DNA of 20,000 nucleotides from an uncultured virus (IMG/VR IMGVR_UViG_3300017751_000007) (IMGVR_UViG_3300017751_000007), one strand, 5' to 3'. Numbered from the stretch's first letter, positions 7,287-15,496 are shown. Made by a program: numbers and translations. Notes: generated by a model from the sequence alone, not told the origin.

Positions 7287-7780
7287 CTTGGTTTTTCTAT
7301 CCATTGTCCGTCTGGCATTTGACAAGCAGTACCAAATTCTACTTTACGATTGACACCACCGATACCAACCAAAGGCCAAGAGTTTGTTATGTCAACAGTG
7401 TGATTGTACGCCTTACACTTAATAGGTCCTTGTGTGTAAGTTCTAGTAATCTTAATTATACCACTGTTTCCTGTTTTTCTGTTATACCAATTTGTATATG
7501 ATTGACCATGACTTGGACTTGTGTTAAGGTGGTCTACAAATACTGCGTTGTGTACATCTTTATCACTTGAATATAGCATATCTGCACCTTTAAACGCACC
7601 TATAACAGCACATGCACCTATAGCATATGCGTCTGTTACACCTAAAGCACTGCAAGCTGCCGTACCAGAGGCACCACCAGCAAATGCACCAACATGACTT
7701 CTATTCATACTCGTACAATTACTTAGAGCCAGTGATAATAGTCCTAATAATACTAAACGCTGGATTCCAGTTGTTGTCAT
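7283..7780 (-). CDS. glycine-zipper lipoprotein, Rickettsia 17 kDa surface antigen / RT0821-Lpp0805-like
   Basis: Lipobox LSN-C, GAFAGGASG...GAVIGA-type glycine zipper, WYNRKTGNSG, CKAY, GTACQMPDGQW. Confidence 0.8.
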   Translation of the reverse strand: MTTTGIQRLVLLGLLSLALSNCTSMNRSHVGAFAGGASGTAACSALGVTDAYAIGACAVIGAFKGADMLYSSDKDVHNAVFVDHLNTSPSHGQSYTNWYNRKTGNSGIIKITRTYTQGPIKCKAYNHTVDITNSWPLVGIGGVNRKVEFGTACQMPDGQWIEKPR

Positions 7781-8043
7781 TGTTTCCCTTGTTTGTTGAA
7801 CATGCCGTCATGGTTAACACCACTATAATCGCCATAATTCCCTTTTTCATCTTGTTCTTTACCATAATCTGATTTATCATTTGCTATTAATTGACAATCA
7901 TATTGGATTGTCTCAATCATATTTTGAATCTTAAAATCTCTTTCTGTTGATTTAGGGGTCTGATATTTCAAGACCCTTAAATCTTCTGCCATTCTCTGGA
8001 TAGATTTTATCTTATCGCAAAATTGACTAATTTTGTGTAACAT
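7777..8043 (-). CDS. hypothetical protein
   Basis: 88 aa ORF tiling with neighbours. Confidence 0.7.
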   Translation of the reverse strand: MLHKISQFCDKIKSIQRMAEDLRVLKYQTPKSTERDFKIQNMIETIQYDCQLIANDKSDYGKEQDEKGNYGDYSGVNHDGMFNKQGKQ

Positions 8044-8305
8044 CTTCTTTGTTCCCTAATAGACCAAATTTCTTTACAAGACTAGCAAAATCTTCTTTAG
8101 TTTTTGCCCAACTCTCTTTTTGGTACTCTTTAGTTTTTGTTACCTCACCACTAAACCATGTACCTACTTTACCTGGTACTTCCACTACAGTTTGAACAAA
8201 CTCTTGTGGTGTAATAGTTTTAGGCTCATCTGATTTCGCAACGCCTGTTATTAATAAAAACGCCAGTATTGCTAATACGCCGAAACACTTTTCTAAAAAT
8301 GTCAT
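8027..8305 (-). CDS. hypothetical secreted/membrane-anchored protein
   Basis: N-terminal hydrophobic segment; TAATG coupling. Confidence 0.75.
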   Translation of the reverse strand: MTFLEKCFGVLAILAFLLITGVAKSDEPKTITPQEFVQTVVEVPGKVGTWFSGEVTKTKEYQKESWAKTKEDFASLVKKFGLLGNKEDVTQN

Positions 8306-8700
8306 TATACTTTCCTTCCTGCTGTTTTGATGTCCTCTTTAGCGACTACCATGTAAGGACCTTTATTGTACGCTGGAGCAATTGTAAAGTTCTTACTCGC
8401 CTCAATCTTCCAACGATTGTCAGGTTTTGTACCACCTGAACCAATTTTGTTTGACAATGGTACTGCATTAGTAGGTTGTTTGATAACATTGTCATCTTCT
8501 CTAATCATTCTACTTACAATATTAATGGCATGTCTACCATCTTTTGTCAATTTGATTCTACCTTTTTCATCTGTATCAAAACCCATTTTAGCAAGATACT
8601 TTCTATGCTTTTCCAATGCCTCAAGGTATGCTTTTGGTGGCTTTCTGTTTCTCAACCTACGAATAGCGCCACTTGAATTGTTTGTATAGATAATAGCCAT
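8305..8700 (-). CDS. conserved T4-like phage hypothetical protein
   Basis: Basic protein with familiar C-terminal TIAPAYNKGPY motif. Confidence 0.8.
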   Translation of the reverse strand: MAIIYTNNSSGAIRRLRNRKPPKAYLEALEKHRKYLAKMGFDTDEKGRIKLTKDGRHAINIVSRMIREDDNVIKQPTNAVPLSNKIGSGGTKPDNRWKIEASKNFTIAPAYNKGPYMVVAKEDIKTAGRKV

Positions 8701-8912
8701 TACTTAATACTCTTTCTTTGTCCTACAATATTGTTTACGAATACTCTTACCAACCTAGATACATCTACCTCTTGTTTCTTTAGAGTTTTAGGGTTAGTAA
8801 AAATCACTTTACTCTTATTCACTTCTAATTGTATACCAATATCAGAAGCCACTACAATAGCGTCATCTGTATATTTTGTCCAATCGTGTGAAGAATAGTC
8901 TGATTGAGCCAT
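8700..8912 (-). CDS. hypothetical protein
   Basis: 70 aa ORF with TAATG overlaps at both ends. Confidence 0.75.
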   Translation of the reverse strand: MAQSDYSSHDWTKYTDDAIVVASDIGIQLEVNKSKVIFTNPKTLKKQEVDVSRLVRVFVNNIVGQRKSIK

Positions 8913-9229
8913 TAGTCGTTTACCGTTTCTGGAATACTTTCTGATTGTACTTCTTGGAATGATTTACCAAAACCTATCTGATAAAATGTATCTCTAGGAT
9001 TGGTTGTTTGATATGTTGACTTTAATTTGTCAAAATTAACATCTACTAGGTCGTAGTATTCTGGATGCTCAACTTTTAGTTTGGCATGTTCGTCACACCA
9101 AATAATTCTATTGGTATAGTAATCGTTTTCTTTTGCCTCTAGTGTTGATAGTTTAGAAAGAGCAATATCTTTCTGTTTAACTGCCTCAAATTCTTTAAAT
9201 AAGTTTTCTTTATCGTATTTAAATGTCAT
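8912..9229 (-). CDS. hypothetical protein
   Basis: 105 aa ORF, SD AAAGGA, first gene after a promoter. Confidence 0.8.
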   Translation of the reverse strand: MTFKYDKENLFKEFEAVKQKDIALSKLSTLEAKENDYYTNRIIWCDEHAKLKVEHPEYYDLVDVNFDKLKSTYQTTNPRDTFYQIGFGKSFQEVQSESIPETVND

Positions 9230-9259
9230 AATATATGTCCTTTTGTTTATTTGTTAATA

Positions 9260-9288
9260 ATACTATCATAAAACGTTTCAAATGGCAA
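9260..9288 (-). promoter_or_regulatory. sigma70-like promoter
   Basis: TTGCCA-N17-TAGTAT with extended TGn; same architecture as 1249-1277. Confidence 0.65.
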
Positions 9289-9333
9289 CCATAATAAAAA
9301 GCACGTTTTTACTCACTTTTTGAGGAAAAAGTC

Positions 9334-9394
9334 TCTCTAGGATGGCGCTGGAGTGGTTTAAGACGTGTCTTACGTACTCCAGTACCCCCTAAAA
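9334..9394 (-). other. long imperfect RNA hairpin
   Basis: CTGGAGT/ACTCCAG (9348-9354/9376-9382), inner TAAGA/TCTTA stem, outer extension through G-U pairs on the minus strand. Confidence 0.6.
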
Positions 9395-9622
9395 TCACTG
9401 CATTTTATCAGAAAGCGAATCAAACATGTCAATCTGGTCATCTACCATAACTGGCTCTTTCTTTGATTCTTCTTCTGCCCATTTCTCAAATTCATTTACT
9501 TCCGTTTGAGCGGAAGACTTAATACCTGATAGTACATCAAGACAACCTTGAGCATCGCCAAAATTTAGTTTAGCAATGGCGTCATCTATCTTACTAATTA
9601 ATTCTAACTTATCATTCATCAT
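9395..9622 (-). CDS. hypothetical acidic protein
   Basis: 75 aa ORF, ATGA overlap. Confidence 0.7.
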   Translation of the reverse strand: MMNDKLELISKIDDAIAKLNFGDAQGCLDVLSGIKSSAQTEVNEFEKWAEEESKKEPVMVDDQIDMFDSLSDKMQ

Positions 9623-9849
9623 TTGTTAACTTTCCTTAGTTGATTTAAACCTGCACTGTGTAATTTACCACCTCTAGTTTGGTAATCAATTACACCCTTA
9701 TAATTCAATGAAGTGTCATACTCTTTTGTATGTACACCTTGTTGTTTATTCGTATGGATTCGGATATTGGTAATGTATCCTTCTACACTCTTACCTTTAC
9801 CCCATTCAGTAGCAATCTCTACCTTATCGCCTACTTGAATCAACATCAT
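9619..9849 (-). CDS. small SH3/KOW-like hypothetical protein (paralog of 10610..10870)
   Basis: IQVGDKV...EGYITNI...YDTSLNYKG; SD AAGGAG. Confidence 0.75.
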   Translation of the reverse strand: MMLIQVGDKVEIATEWGKGKSVEGYITNIRIHTNKQQGVHTKEYDTSLNYKGVIDYQTRGGKLHSAGLNQLRKVNK

Positions 9850-9857
9850 TGGTCTCC

Positions 9858-10133
9858 TTAACCTTTTTTGTTTGTTGCGTCCTCGCTGGACATTAATAGT
9901 ACAATATAATGTACTGCTTTTAACAGGTCTGCTCTATTACGACCTGATTTCTTACCAAATCTTGCAAGATATTTAATTGCATTAGCTTGGCAAAAGTCTT
10001 TATCAACACCAATAGACCTCAATAAGTCTTGTACTTGTACGCCCTCTTTAACTTGAGCGTAGTGTTGACCATAGGTTGACTTAATATAGTCACCGATTTC
10101 TTTTAGTATTTTATCTTCATTATATTTCAACAT
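9858..10133 (-). CDS. DUF3310 (SaV / T7 gp1.7-like nucleotide kinase family) protein
   Basis: QHY...FCQANAIKYLARFGKK...DLLKAVHY signature; SD AAGGAG. Confidence 0.85.
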   Translation of the reverse strand: MLKYNEDKILKEIGDYIKSTYGQHYAQVKEGVQVQDLLRSIGVDKDFCQANAIKYLARFGKKSGRNRADLLKAVHYIVLLMSSEDATNKKG

Positions 10134-10142
10134 TTATCTCCT

Positions 10143-10358
10143 TTATATTCCTAGACACCTTATAACATTTTTTTGGTCAGTTGGCAACCTATATCCTTTT
10201 TGTAACCAATCTACAACCTGTTCAAAATAAAATGCCTCGTCTGATTTACCTGATTTTTCTAGTTCCCATGCAGCTGTCTTAAAAAACTTTAGTACACCCA
10301 TTTCACTGGTCATACCTGTCTCTTTCTTCTGATAGTTACCTTTTCTTTGATTTGACAT
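10143..10358 (-). CDS. hypothetical protein
   Basis: 71 aa ORF, SD AAAGGA. Confidence 0.75.
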   Translation of the reverse strand: MSNQRKGNYQKKETGMTSEMGVLKFFKTAAWELEKSGKSDEAFYFEQVVDWLQKGYRLPTDQKNVIRCLGI

Positions 10359-10620
10359 GTGTATCCTTTGTGTTAAAGTCTGATAAATGATTCATATTAG
10401 CATGACTACCTTGTTCGTTTATTGCATATACCAATGTGGCACTATGTTCTTTTTTGGTTAAGTCATACAATTCTTTTGCTTCTTTATAAGTTTTGACAAT
10501 GGTCTTGGTGGTCTTACCTAATGAACGCCACTCAACTATTGAATAGTTTATTGCATTGTCTATAATATTTTGTTCCCATGGTAACGTAACACCATGGTAC
10601 CATGGTTGTTTAGTCGCCAT
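10336..10620 (-). CDS. hypothetical protein
   Basis: Start trimmed to MATKQ at 10620. Confidence 0.7.
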   Translation of the reverse strand: MATKQPWYHGVTLPWEQNIIDNAINYSIVEWRSLGKTTKTIVKTYKEAKELYDLTKKEHSATLVYAINEQGSHANMNHLSDFNTKDTHVKSKKR

Positions 10621-10870
10621 CAATCCAGTCCGTTGCTGATTCTTCAAAGTCATTTTTCTTTAATACTTTCTCTATCTGTACGAAGTAACACCAGTTTGAA
10701 ACGAATGTAACTGCACCAGTATAATTTAGTGAAGTATCATATGTCTTTGCATTTAGACTTGTTGGTAACTCGGCAGCTATATCAGTTGGTTCGGTTGCAA
10801 TACCGATATTAGTTATAACTCCTTCTCTACCTTTCATGTCTTGTATTGTATCGCCTACATTAATTATCAT
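10610..10870 (-). CDS. small SH3/KOW-like hypothetical protein (paralog of 9619..9849)
   Basis: INVGDTI...EGVITNI...YDTSLNYTG; SD AAAGGA. Confidence 0.75.
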   Translation of the reverse strand: MIINVGDTIQDMKGREGVITNIGIATEPTDIAAELPTSLNAKTYDTSLNYTGAVTFVSNWCYFVQIEKVLKKNDFEESATDWIDGD

Positions 10871-11321
10871 AAGTGTGTCCTTTTGTTAGTTCATTTTTTT
10901 CCATAATACCAATTGCCTTATCTACGGCATTTAAGTTTTGATATGTATATTTTTCAGTTAGTTTTGGATTCCAATCTTTTTTAAAGAATTGTCTAGTATT
11001 CCATAACTGACCATAATCTTTGTATAGAGAGTTATCAACGCCAACTACATCTTTACCAAATACATCATCATAAGTTTTGTAATAGTGGTCACCATGTATC
11101 ATTTGTACTTTAGTATGACCTGTGGCATTTGTAGCCGTCTCATTAAAATTTTTATCACAATATGATTTCACTCTCTTGTGCATATTCTTATCATTCATTC
11201 TATTAAGATGATTTAAAGGTACATTTCTGAATATGGTATGATAGATGTAGAAGTAGTCACAATCTTCATCATCAAAGTATTCAATACCATATACTAAATT
11301 TAAACTAGAAGATTTATTCAT
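10860..11321 (-). CDS. hypothetical protein
   Basis: 153 aa ORF, SD AAAGG. Confidence 0.8.
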   Translation of the reverse strand: MNKSSSLNLVYGIEYFDDEDCDYFYIYHTIFRNVPLNHLNRMNDKNMHKRVKSYCDKNFNETATNATGHTKVQMIHGDHYYKTYDDVFGKDVVGVDNSLYKDYGQLWNTRQFFKKDWNPKLTEKYTYQNLNAVDKAIGIMEKNELTKGHTYDN

Positions 11322-11395
11322 TAAGATAGTACCTTTCTTAACAGTATTATTACTGTCATCATTGAAACCATTAATATAAAAAATGATGTTATCAT
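11321..11395 (-). CDS. 24 aa single-TM microprotein
   Basis: MITSFFILMVSMMTVIILLRKVLS; fills the gap exactly with TAATG overlaps at both ends. Confidence 0.6.
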   Translation of the reverse strand: MITSFFILMVSMMTVIILLRKVLS

Positions 11396-11589
11396 TAAGC
11401 GTTCTCTAACTCACTGTCAATAAACTCATCAACGTTGTACTCATCAATACCTAATAGTGATACTGCTTCAACGTCCATGATTTCTTTTTCAGCAGTTGAT
11501 TTAGTAATAAGATTGTTTTTGACATTTGCAATAATCTTATCTACTGCTTTTTCTGCTTCGTCCCAATAGTAGTTTTTAGTTTTAGACAT
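11395..11589 (-). CDS. hypothetical protein
   Basis: 64 aa ORF, SD AAGGAG. Confidence 0.75.
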   Translation of the reverse strand: MSKTKNYYWDEAEKAVDKIIANVKNNLITKSTAEKEIMDVEAVSLLGIDEYNVDEFIDSELENA

Positions 11590-11746
11590 AGTGTTTTTCT
11601 CCTTGTTTAGTGTTATTAATAATTTGCATTACTTCAAAAAGTGATTTATATGGATTACTATACAACACTTTTTTAGCAAAGGCAACTCTTTTTTCAAGTC
11701 TTTTTAATTGTACTTGCATTTTCTTTTTGTTATATTCTTTAATCAT
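11582..11746 (-). CDS. hypothetical basic protein
   Basis: ORF-track start (11764) lies inside the promoter; next ATG is at 11746. Confidence 0.6.
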   Translation of the reverse strand: MIKEYNKKKMQVQLKRLEKRVAFAKKVLYSNPYKSLFEVMQIINNTKQGEKHYV

Positions 11747-11755
11747 TATGTGTCC

Positions 11756-11783
11756 ATTATACATGAACCAGCCTAGAAAGCAA
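11756..11783 (-). promoter_or_regulatory. sigma70-like promoter with upstream A-tracts
   Basis: TTGCTT-N16-TATAAT; three A-tracts immediately upstream (UP-element-like). Confidence 0.7.
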
Positions 11784-11857
11784 GCGTTTTTTTGCTTTTT
11801 TTAGCTATTTTTTTTGAGACCTGGTCTCATTTTTGGTTTTTTATGTGCGACAAGTTG

Positions 11858-12538
11858 TCAACACCAGTTGGATTTGACCCATTCCTGCTCTGATTCGTGA
11901 GGATTTGGTTTACCGTGGAACACGGCCACCTTCGATTCGCTGACCTTTTCAAAAGTCCAGTCGTTCTTATGATATCTTGGTTCTATTCTATTATTCCATT
12001 TGTAACTAAAAGTCCACTCATCTGGCATAGTACGTAACCACCGTTGACCATGTTTTTGCATTAATAGAGACATGACATTTTGGTCGCCTTGTTCTCTGTT
12101 CCACTTATCACGTTCTAATAGATATGGTTCCCATATACATGGTGTACCAACGGTATTATTCCATTTCATTATAGAAGAGTTGTACTGTTTTGTGGAAGGG
12201 TTGAAGTCTCTGATTACACCAAACGTTTGGTCATCACCAAAGGTAAAAAGGTCATCAATATCATCTAATATAACTACGTCAAGGTCCATGTAAAGATTAG
12301 GTCCTACTAGACCTGCCTCTGGACTGAATAGTTGTAGTTTATTCCACCAACCATCAAAATCGGTGTAATGAAATCTACGATACTCTATGTCGCCTTTTAC
12401 TTTTAATGCTAAATCTTCGTGGTTGTTGAAACAGATAAAATTGTACGGTACTCTTGTATGTCTTTCAACCATATTATACAGGTGTTGTACATACTCAACC
12501 TGATATTTTTTACCATAATATACACATACAAAATTCAT
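11858..12538 (-). CDS. GT-A fold glycosyltransferase (GT8-like)
   Basis: GWWNKLQLF, LYMDLDVVI (DxD), NSSIM, GDQ, FHGKPNP; start MNFV with ATGA overlap. Confidence 0.8.
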   Translation of the reverse strand: MNFVCVYYGKKYQVEYVQHLYNMVERHTRVPYNFICFNNHEDLALKVKGDIEYRRFHYTDFDGWWNKLQLFSPEAGLVGPNLYMDLDVVILDDIDDLFTFGDDQTFGVIRDFNPSTKQYNSSIMKWNNTVGTPCIWEPYLLERDKWNREQGDQNVMSLLMQKHGQRWLRTMPDEWTFSYKWNNRIEPRYHKNDWTFEKVSESKVAVFHGKPNPHESEQEWVKSNWC

Positions 12539-12771
12539 AGACCTAACCAATTAAAAACTGCCCTCAAACTTAATAACATATACATGGTTTCCATAAGCAT
12601 TCTCGGCCAATCTTTATCTTTGTATCCGAACCATACCCACATAACACATGCTACTACACTTAACGACCATCCAATCCATTGTGTGCTGATATTTGCACTA
12701 GATAAAATGTAAACGCTAAGAACAGCAATTGCAAAACCCAACCATCTGGTTTTGTTTTTAATCTTGGACAT
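12535..12771 (-). CDS. small 3-TM membrane protein (PnuC/SemiSWEET half-transporter-like)
   Basis: Three hydrophobic helices, Trp-rich, 78 aa; family call tentative. Confidence 0.55.
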   Translation of the reverse strand: MSKIKNKTRWLGFAIAVLSVYILSSANISTQWIGWSLSVVACVMWVWFGYKDKDWPRMLMETMYMLLSLRAVFNWLGL

Positions 12772-13545
12772 TTAGTCACCTTTCAGTTGCCTATTTGTTT
12801 TATCTACTGTTCGTAAAACAGATAGTCTAGTTGCTGATTTTTCTGCCGTTCTTAAAAATGCTTTCACGTCTTTTGGAAAACATGCACCGGCATATCCTTT
12901 ACCGTGGTCACCTGGTACTTTCATATGACTGGATCCAATCCTGTCATCTTTCTCTACCATTGAAACCACCTTGTCGTAACTTATGTCAAGTTTCTTACAA
13001 AGTTGATGTATCTCATTAAAGAAAACTACCTTTGTTGCAAGGAAAGAATTTCTTATATACTTCGTCATTATCATTTCAGGTACACTACATTCATGTATCT
13101 TAACTGTCATAGGATACACCTCTCGTAATACATCTACCCAAAATGGTACGTCTGCACCACCAATAAAAATGTCTTTAACATTCTTCATATCGTCAACAGC
13201 ATGTTTTTGTCTTAAAAACTCTGGACTATATGTAATACTATATTTATGTGCTAGTTCAGCGTAACCATCTATTGAAATGGTACTCTTAATTAATACTGGA
13301 AGATTTAATTTATTACTTTCTTGTAATACTTTTTCTACTATAGAAATATCACAACTACCATCTGGTGCCTCTGGTGTAGGCACACAAACAATGATACCCT
13401 TTGCTGAATATCCTTCGTGCTTTGTGATTGTATTTTTTTGGTAACCCTCAATATCAATTGCGACAATTCTGTGTATAGGATTTAAAATCTTATCAACTGC
13501 TTTGCCTACGTGACCATAACCAATAATAATCAAATCTTGTTTCAT
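12772..13545 (-). CDS. ugd: UDP-glucose/GDP-mannose dehydrogenase family protein (short form)
   Basis: GYGHVG, CVPTP, IKST, PEFLRQ, KYIRNSFLATKV, GYAGACFPKD (catalytic Cys). Confidence 0.88.
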   Translation of the reverse strand: MKQDLIIIGYGHVGKAVDKILNPIHRIVAIDIEGYQKNTITKHEGYSAKGIIVCVPTPEAPDGSCDISIVEKVLQESNKLNLPVLIKSTISIDGYAELAHKYSITYSPEFLRQKHAVDDMKNVKDIFIGGADVPFWVDVLREVYPMTVKIHECSVPEMIMTKYIRNSFLATKVVFFNEIHQLCKKLDISYDKVVSMVEKDDRIGSSHMKVPGDHGKGYAGACFPKDVKAFLRTAEKSATRLSVLRTVDKTNRQLKGD

Positions 13546-13680
13546 CTATTTTCCTTTGTGACGACCCATGTACCACTCTGATGGCTCATAATTCCATCTT
13601 TTGCCTTTATGTCCTCTAAAGGCTGCGTACCACATTCTAAGTCTTACAAAGAAATCAAATTCATGTCTTGGCTTCTTCAT
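13546..13680 (-). CDS. small basic/aromatic protein (44 aa)
   Basis: Below ORF-track cutoff; MKKPRHEFDFFVRLRMWYAAFRGHKGKRWNYEPSEWYMGRHKGK; ATGA overlap upstream, stop abuts next ATG. Confidence 0.7.
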   Translation of the reverse strand: MKKPRHEFDFFVRLRMWYAAFRGHKGKRWNYEPSEWYMGRHKGK

Positions 13681-14528
13681 ACTCGTATCTGCTCCTGCAA
13701 CGTTGCATAAGCCGTGCCATCTTCAATTTCATCCAAATTAAACTGATTGTAACACATCATCTGCAACCACTCGTTAACTGTTTTCGCCCCAGGCTTAAAT
13801 GGTTTTTCAATAAACTTCAAATCTCTACTTGCAACAGGCCATGCCACATTTCTATTATGACAAAACACAGGAGTATAGTGTAATATAGCGTCTATAGCGG
13901 ATAAACTCATGTTGGTGACCAAACATTGTGCTTCGTTTAAGTCATCATGGATGTGAGTATTCCACCACTGATTTCCAGGTCTTGGTTTGTTTCTTATCCT
14001 TATCGGTAAGTCTGTGTGTTTCTTAATCTCTGTTGTGACTTGGTCAATCCACTCTTGTTGTGTAATACCATTAACATGATAAGTAACTGTTGGACTAGAT
14101 GGCGCTACCAATACATGGTTGCCTCTTGTACTTCTCCAACCTTTAAATTCTATACTACCAGTAAACGGAGTATTAGGATTGCCTTTAGCTTTTGCTTTCT
14201 TTCCTAATATATTCCATCTGTCTGGACTTATTACTCTAAATTGTGTTGTGTGAATACCACCACGTACAATTCTAAAATAAGTATTTATTCGGGAAACTAT
14301 CTTCGGTTCAGGATATCTTACAATTTGGTCAGTTAAATAACCTACATCAACGTACCACCATTCTTTACCTTGTTCCTCACACTCTTTGATATTTCTTATA
14401 TTATTACCTGCTAAACCCCAAAAGAAATGAATTTCGTGGTCTGCGTCTTTCCAACCCTTTTCAATCGCTGGCCAGATTTCATGTGATAAACACTTGTCCC
14501 ACGCCATTTTATGTGTAATTATTGCCAT
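13677..14528 (-). CDS. capsule-synthesis/KpsS-like glycosyltransferase paralog 3
   Basis: WYVDVGY, YFRI, VLVAPSS, IRIRNKP, CLVTNMSLSAIDAILHYTP, YNQFNLDEI. Confidence 0.65.
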   Translation of the reverse strand: MAIITHKMAWDKCLSHEIWPAIEKGWKDADHEIHFFWGLAGNNIRNIKECEEQGKEWWYVDVGYLTDQIVRYPEPKIVSRINTYFRIVRGGIHTTQFRVISPDRWNILGKKAKAKGNPNTPFTGSIEFKGWRSTRGNHVLVAPSSPTVTYHVNGITQQEWIDQVTTEIKKHTDLPIRIRNKPRPGNQWWNTHIHDDLNEAQCLVTNMSLSAIDAILHYTPVFCHNRNVAWPVASRDLKFIEKPFKPGAKTVNEWLQMMCYNQFNLDEIEDGTAYATLQEQIRV

Positions 14529-15496
14529 TCTAATAACCTCTTATGTACTTCGCCTGAATTAATTTCGCTTACTTTCCATTGAGTGTAAGCACACTCATTT
14601 AACCATTGTTGTCTATCAAACTTACAATCAATATGTTTCTCTTTAAGAATACTTACATCATGGTATGAAACTGGTCTAGCATGAGAAGTCGGCGACAATG
14701 CAATTGTTGGTATTCCCTCACACGCACTTTCAACTAATGCGTTACTTGAATATGAGACTACTGCTCTTGCACCATCTAAATCTTTTTGAAAACCAAAACC
14801 ACCATTTGTTTCATTCCAGTCTTGGTAGTTCTCACTATATCTAATTTCATTCTTTACACCAAGTTGTTTAAATCTTGCAAAGAAACCTCTTTTTCTATCA
14901 CCATACTTATCTAAAAATCTAGGATGAAATCTAACAACTATAGGTTCATGTGTAACTTGACCAATCTGTTGTATTATTTTATATAGGTAGTTTAAATAAT
15001 TATATTCTATACCATCGCCTTTTGTGAATCTAACTAGGTCTTTGTAAACTTCTTCTGTATATAAATCGTTTAAACTTGTATCACTAGGATTTTGTAAACA
15101 CAATAGAATATAATGACCTTTCTTTCGCCAAGGTTTAATCTCAATATCTTGTTCTTGTTGTATCATATTCCATCTATCAGGACCTACACCTTTGTTTTTA
15201 AATATACCTTTGTCATGTGTATAACAACCAAGACTAACTCTATAATAATATGTGTCACTATCCATAATTAGATTTTTTCTAAATGTGGCACCCTCTACTA
15301 CTAGTTGTGGTTTACCTGTACTTTTTATATACTCATACTGGTCTGACCAATCTTTATATACACCTTGAACACCTGTTGTTATGTAGGCGTCTGCTGTAGG
15401 TGGTAGTGGATTTTCAAAATCACATAGTTTAAAATCCTCATGTTTAGGAAACTTGAAGAAACTATCTCTGAATGAACCGTTAAATCCAATTATCAT
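14519..15496 (-). CDS. capsule-synthesis/KpsS-like glycosyltransferase paralog 2
   Basis: ILLCLQNPSDTS, IVVRFHP, AVVSYSSNALVESACEGIP, YTQWKVSEI; start could be 15520. Confidence 0.7.
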   Translation of the reverse strand: MIIGFNGSFRDSFFKFPKHEDFKLCDFENPLPPTADAYITTGVQGVYKDWSDQYEYIKSTGKPQLVVEGATFRKNLIMDSDTYYYRVSLGCYTHDKGIFKNKGVGPDRWNMIQQEQDIEIKPWRKKGHYILLCLQNPSDTSLNDLYTEEVYKDLVRFTKGDGIEYNYLNYLYKIIQQIGQVTHEPIVVRFHPRFLDKYGDRKRGFFARFKQLGVKNEIRYSENYQDWNETNGGFGFQKDLDGARAVVSYSSNALVESACEGIPTIALSPTSHARPVSYHDVSILKEKHIDCKFDRQQWLNECAYTQWKVSEINSGEVHKRLLEWQ

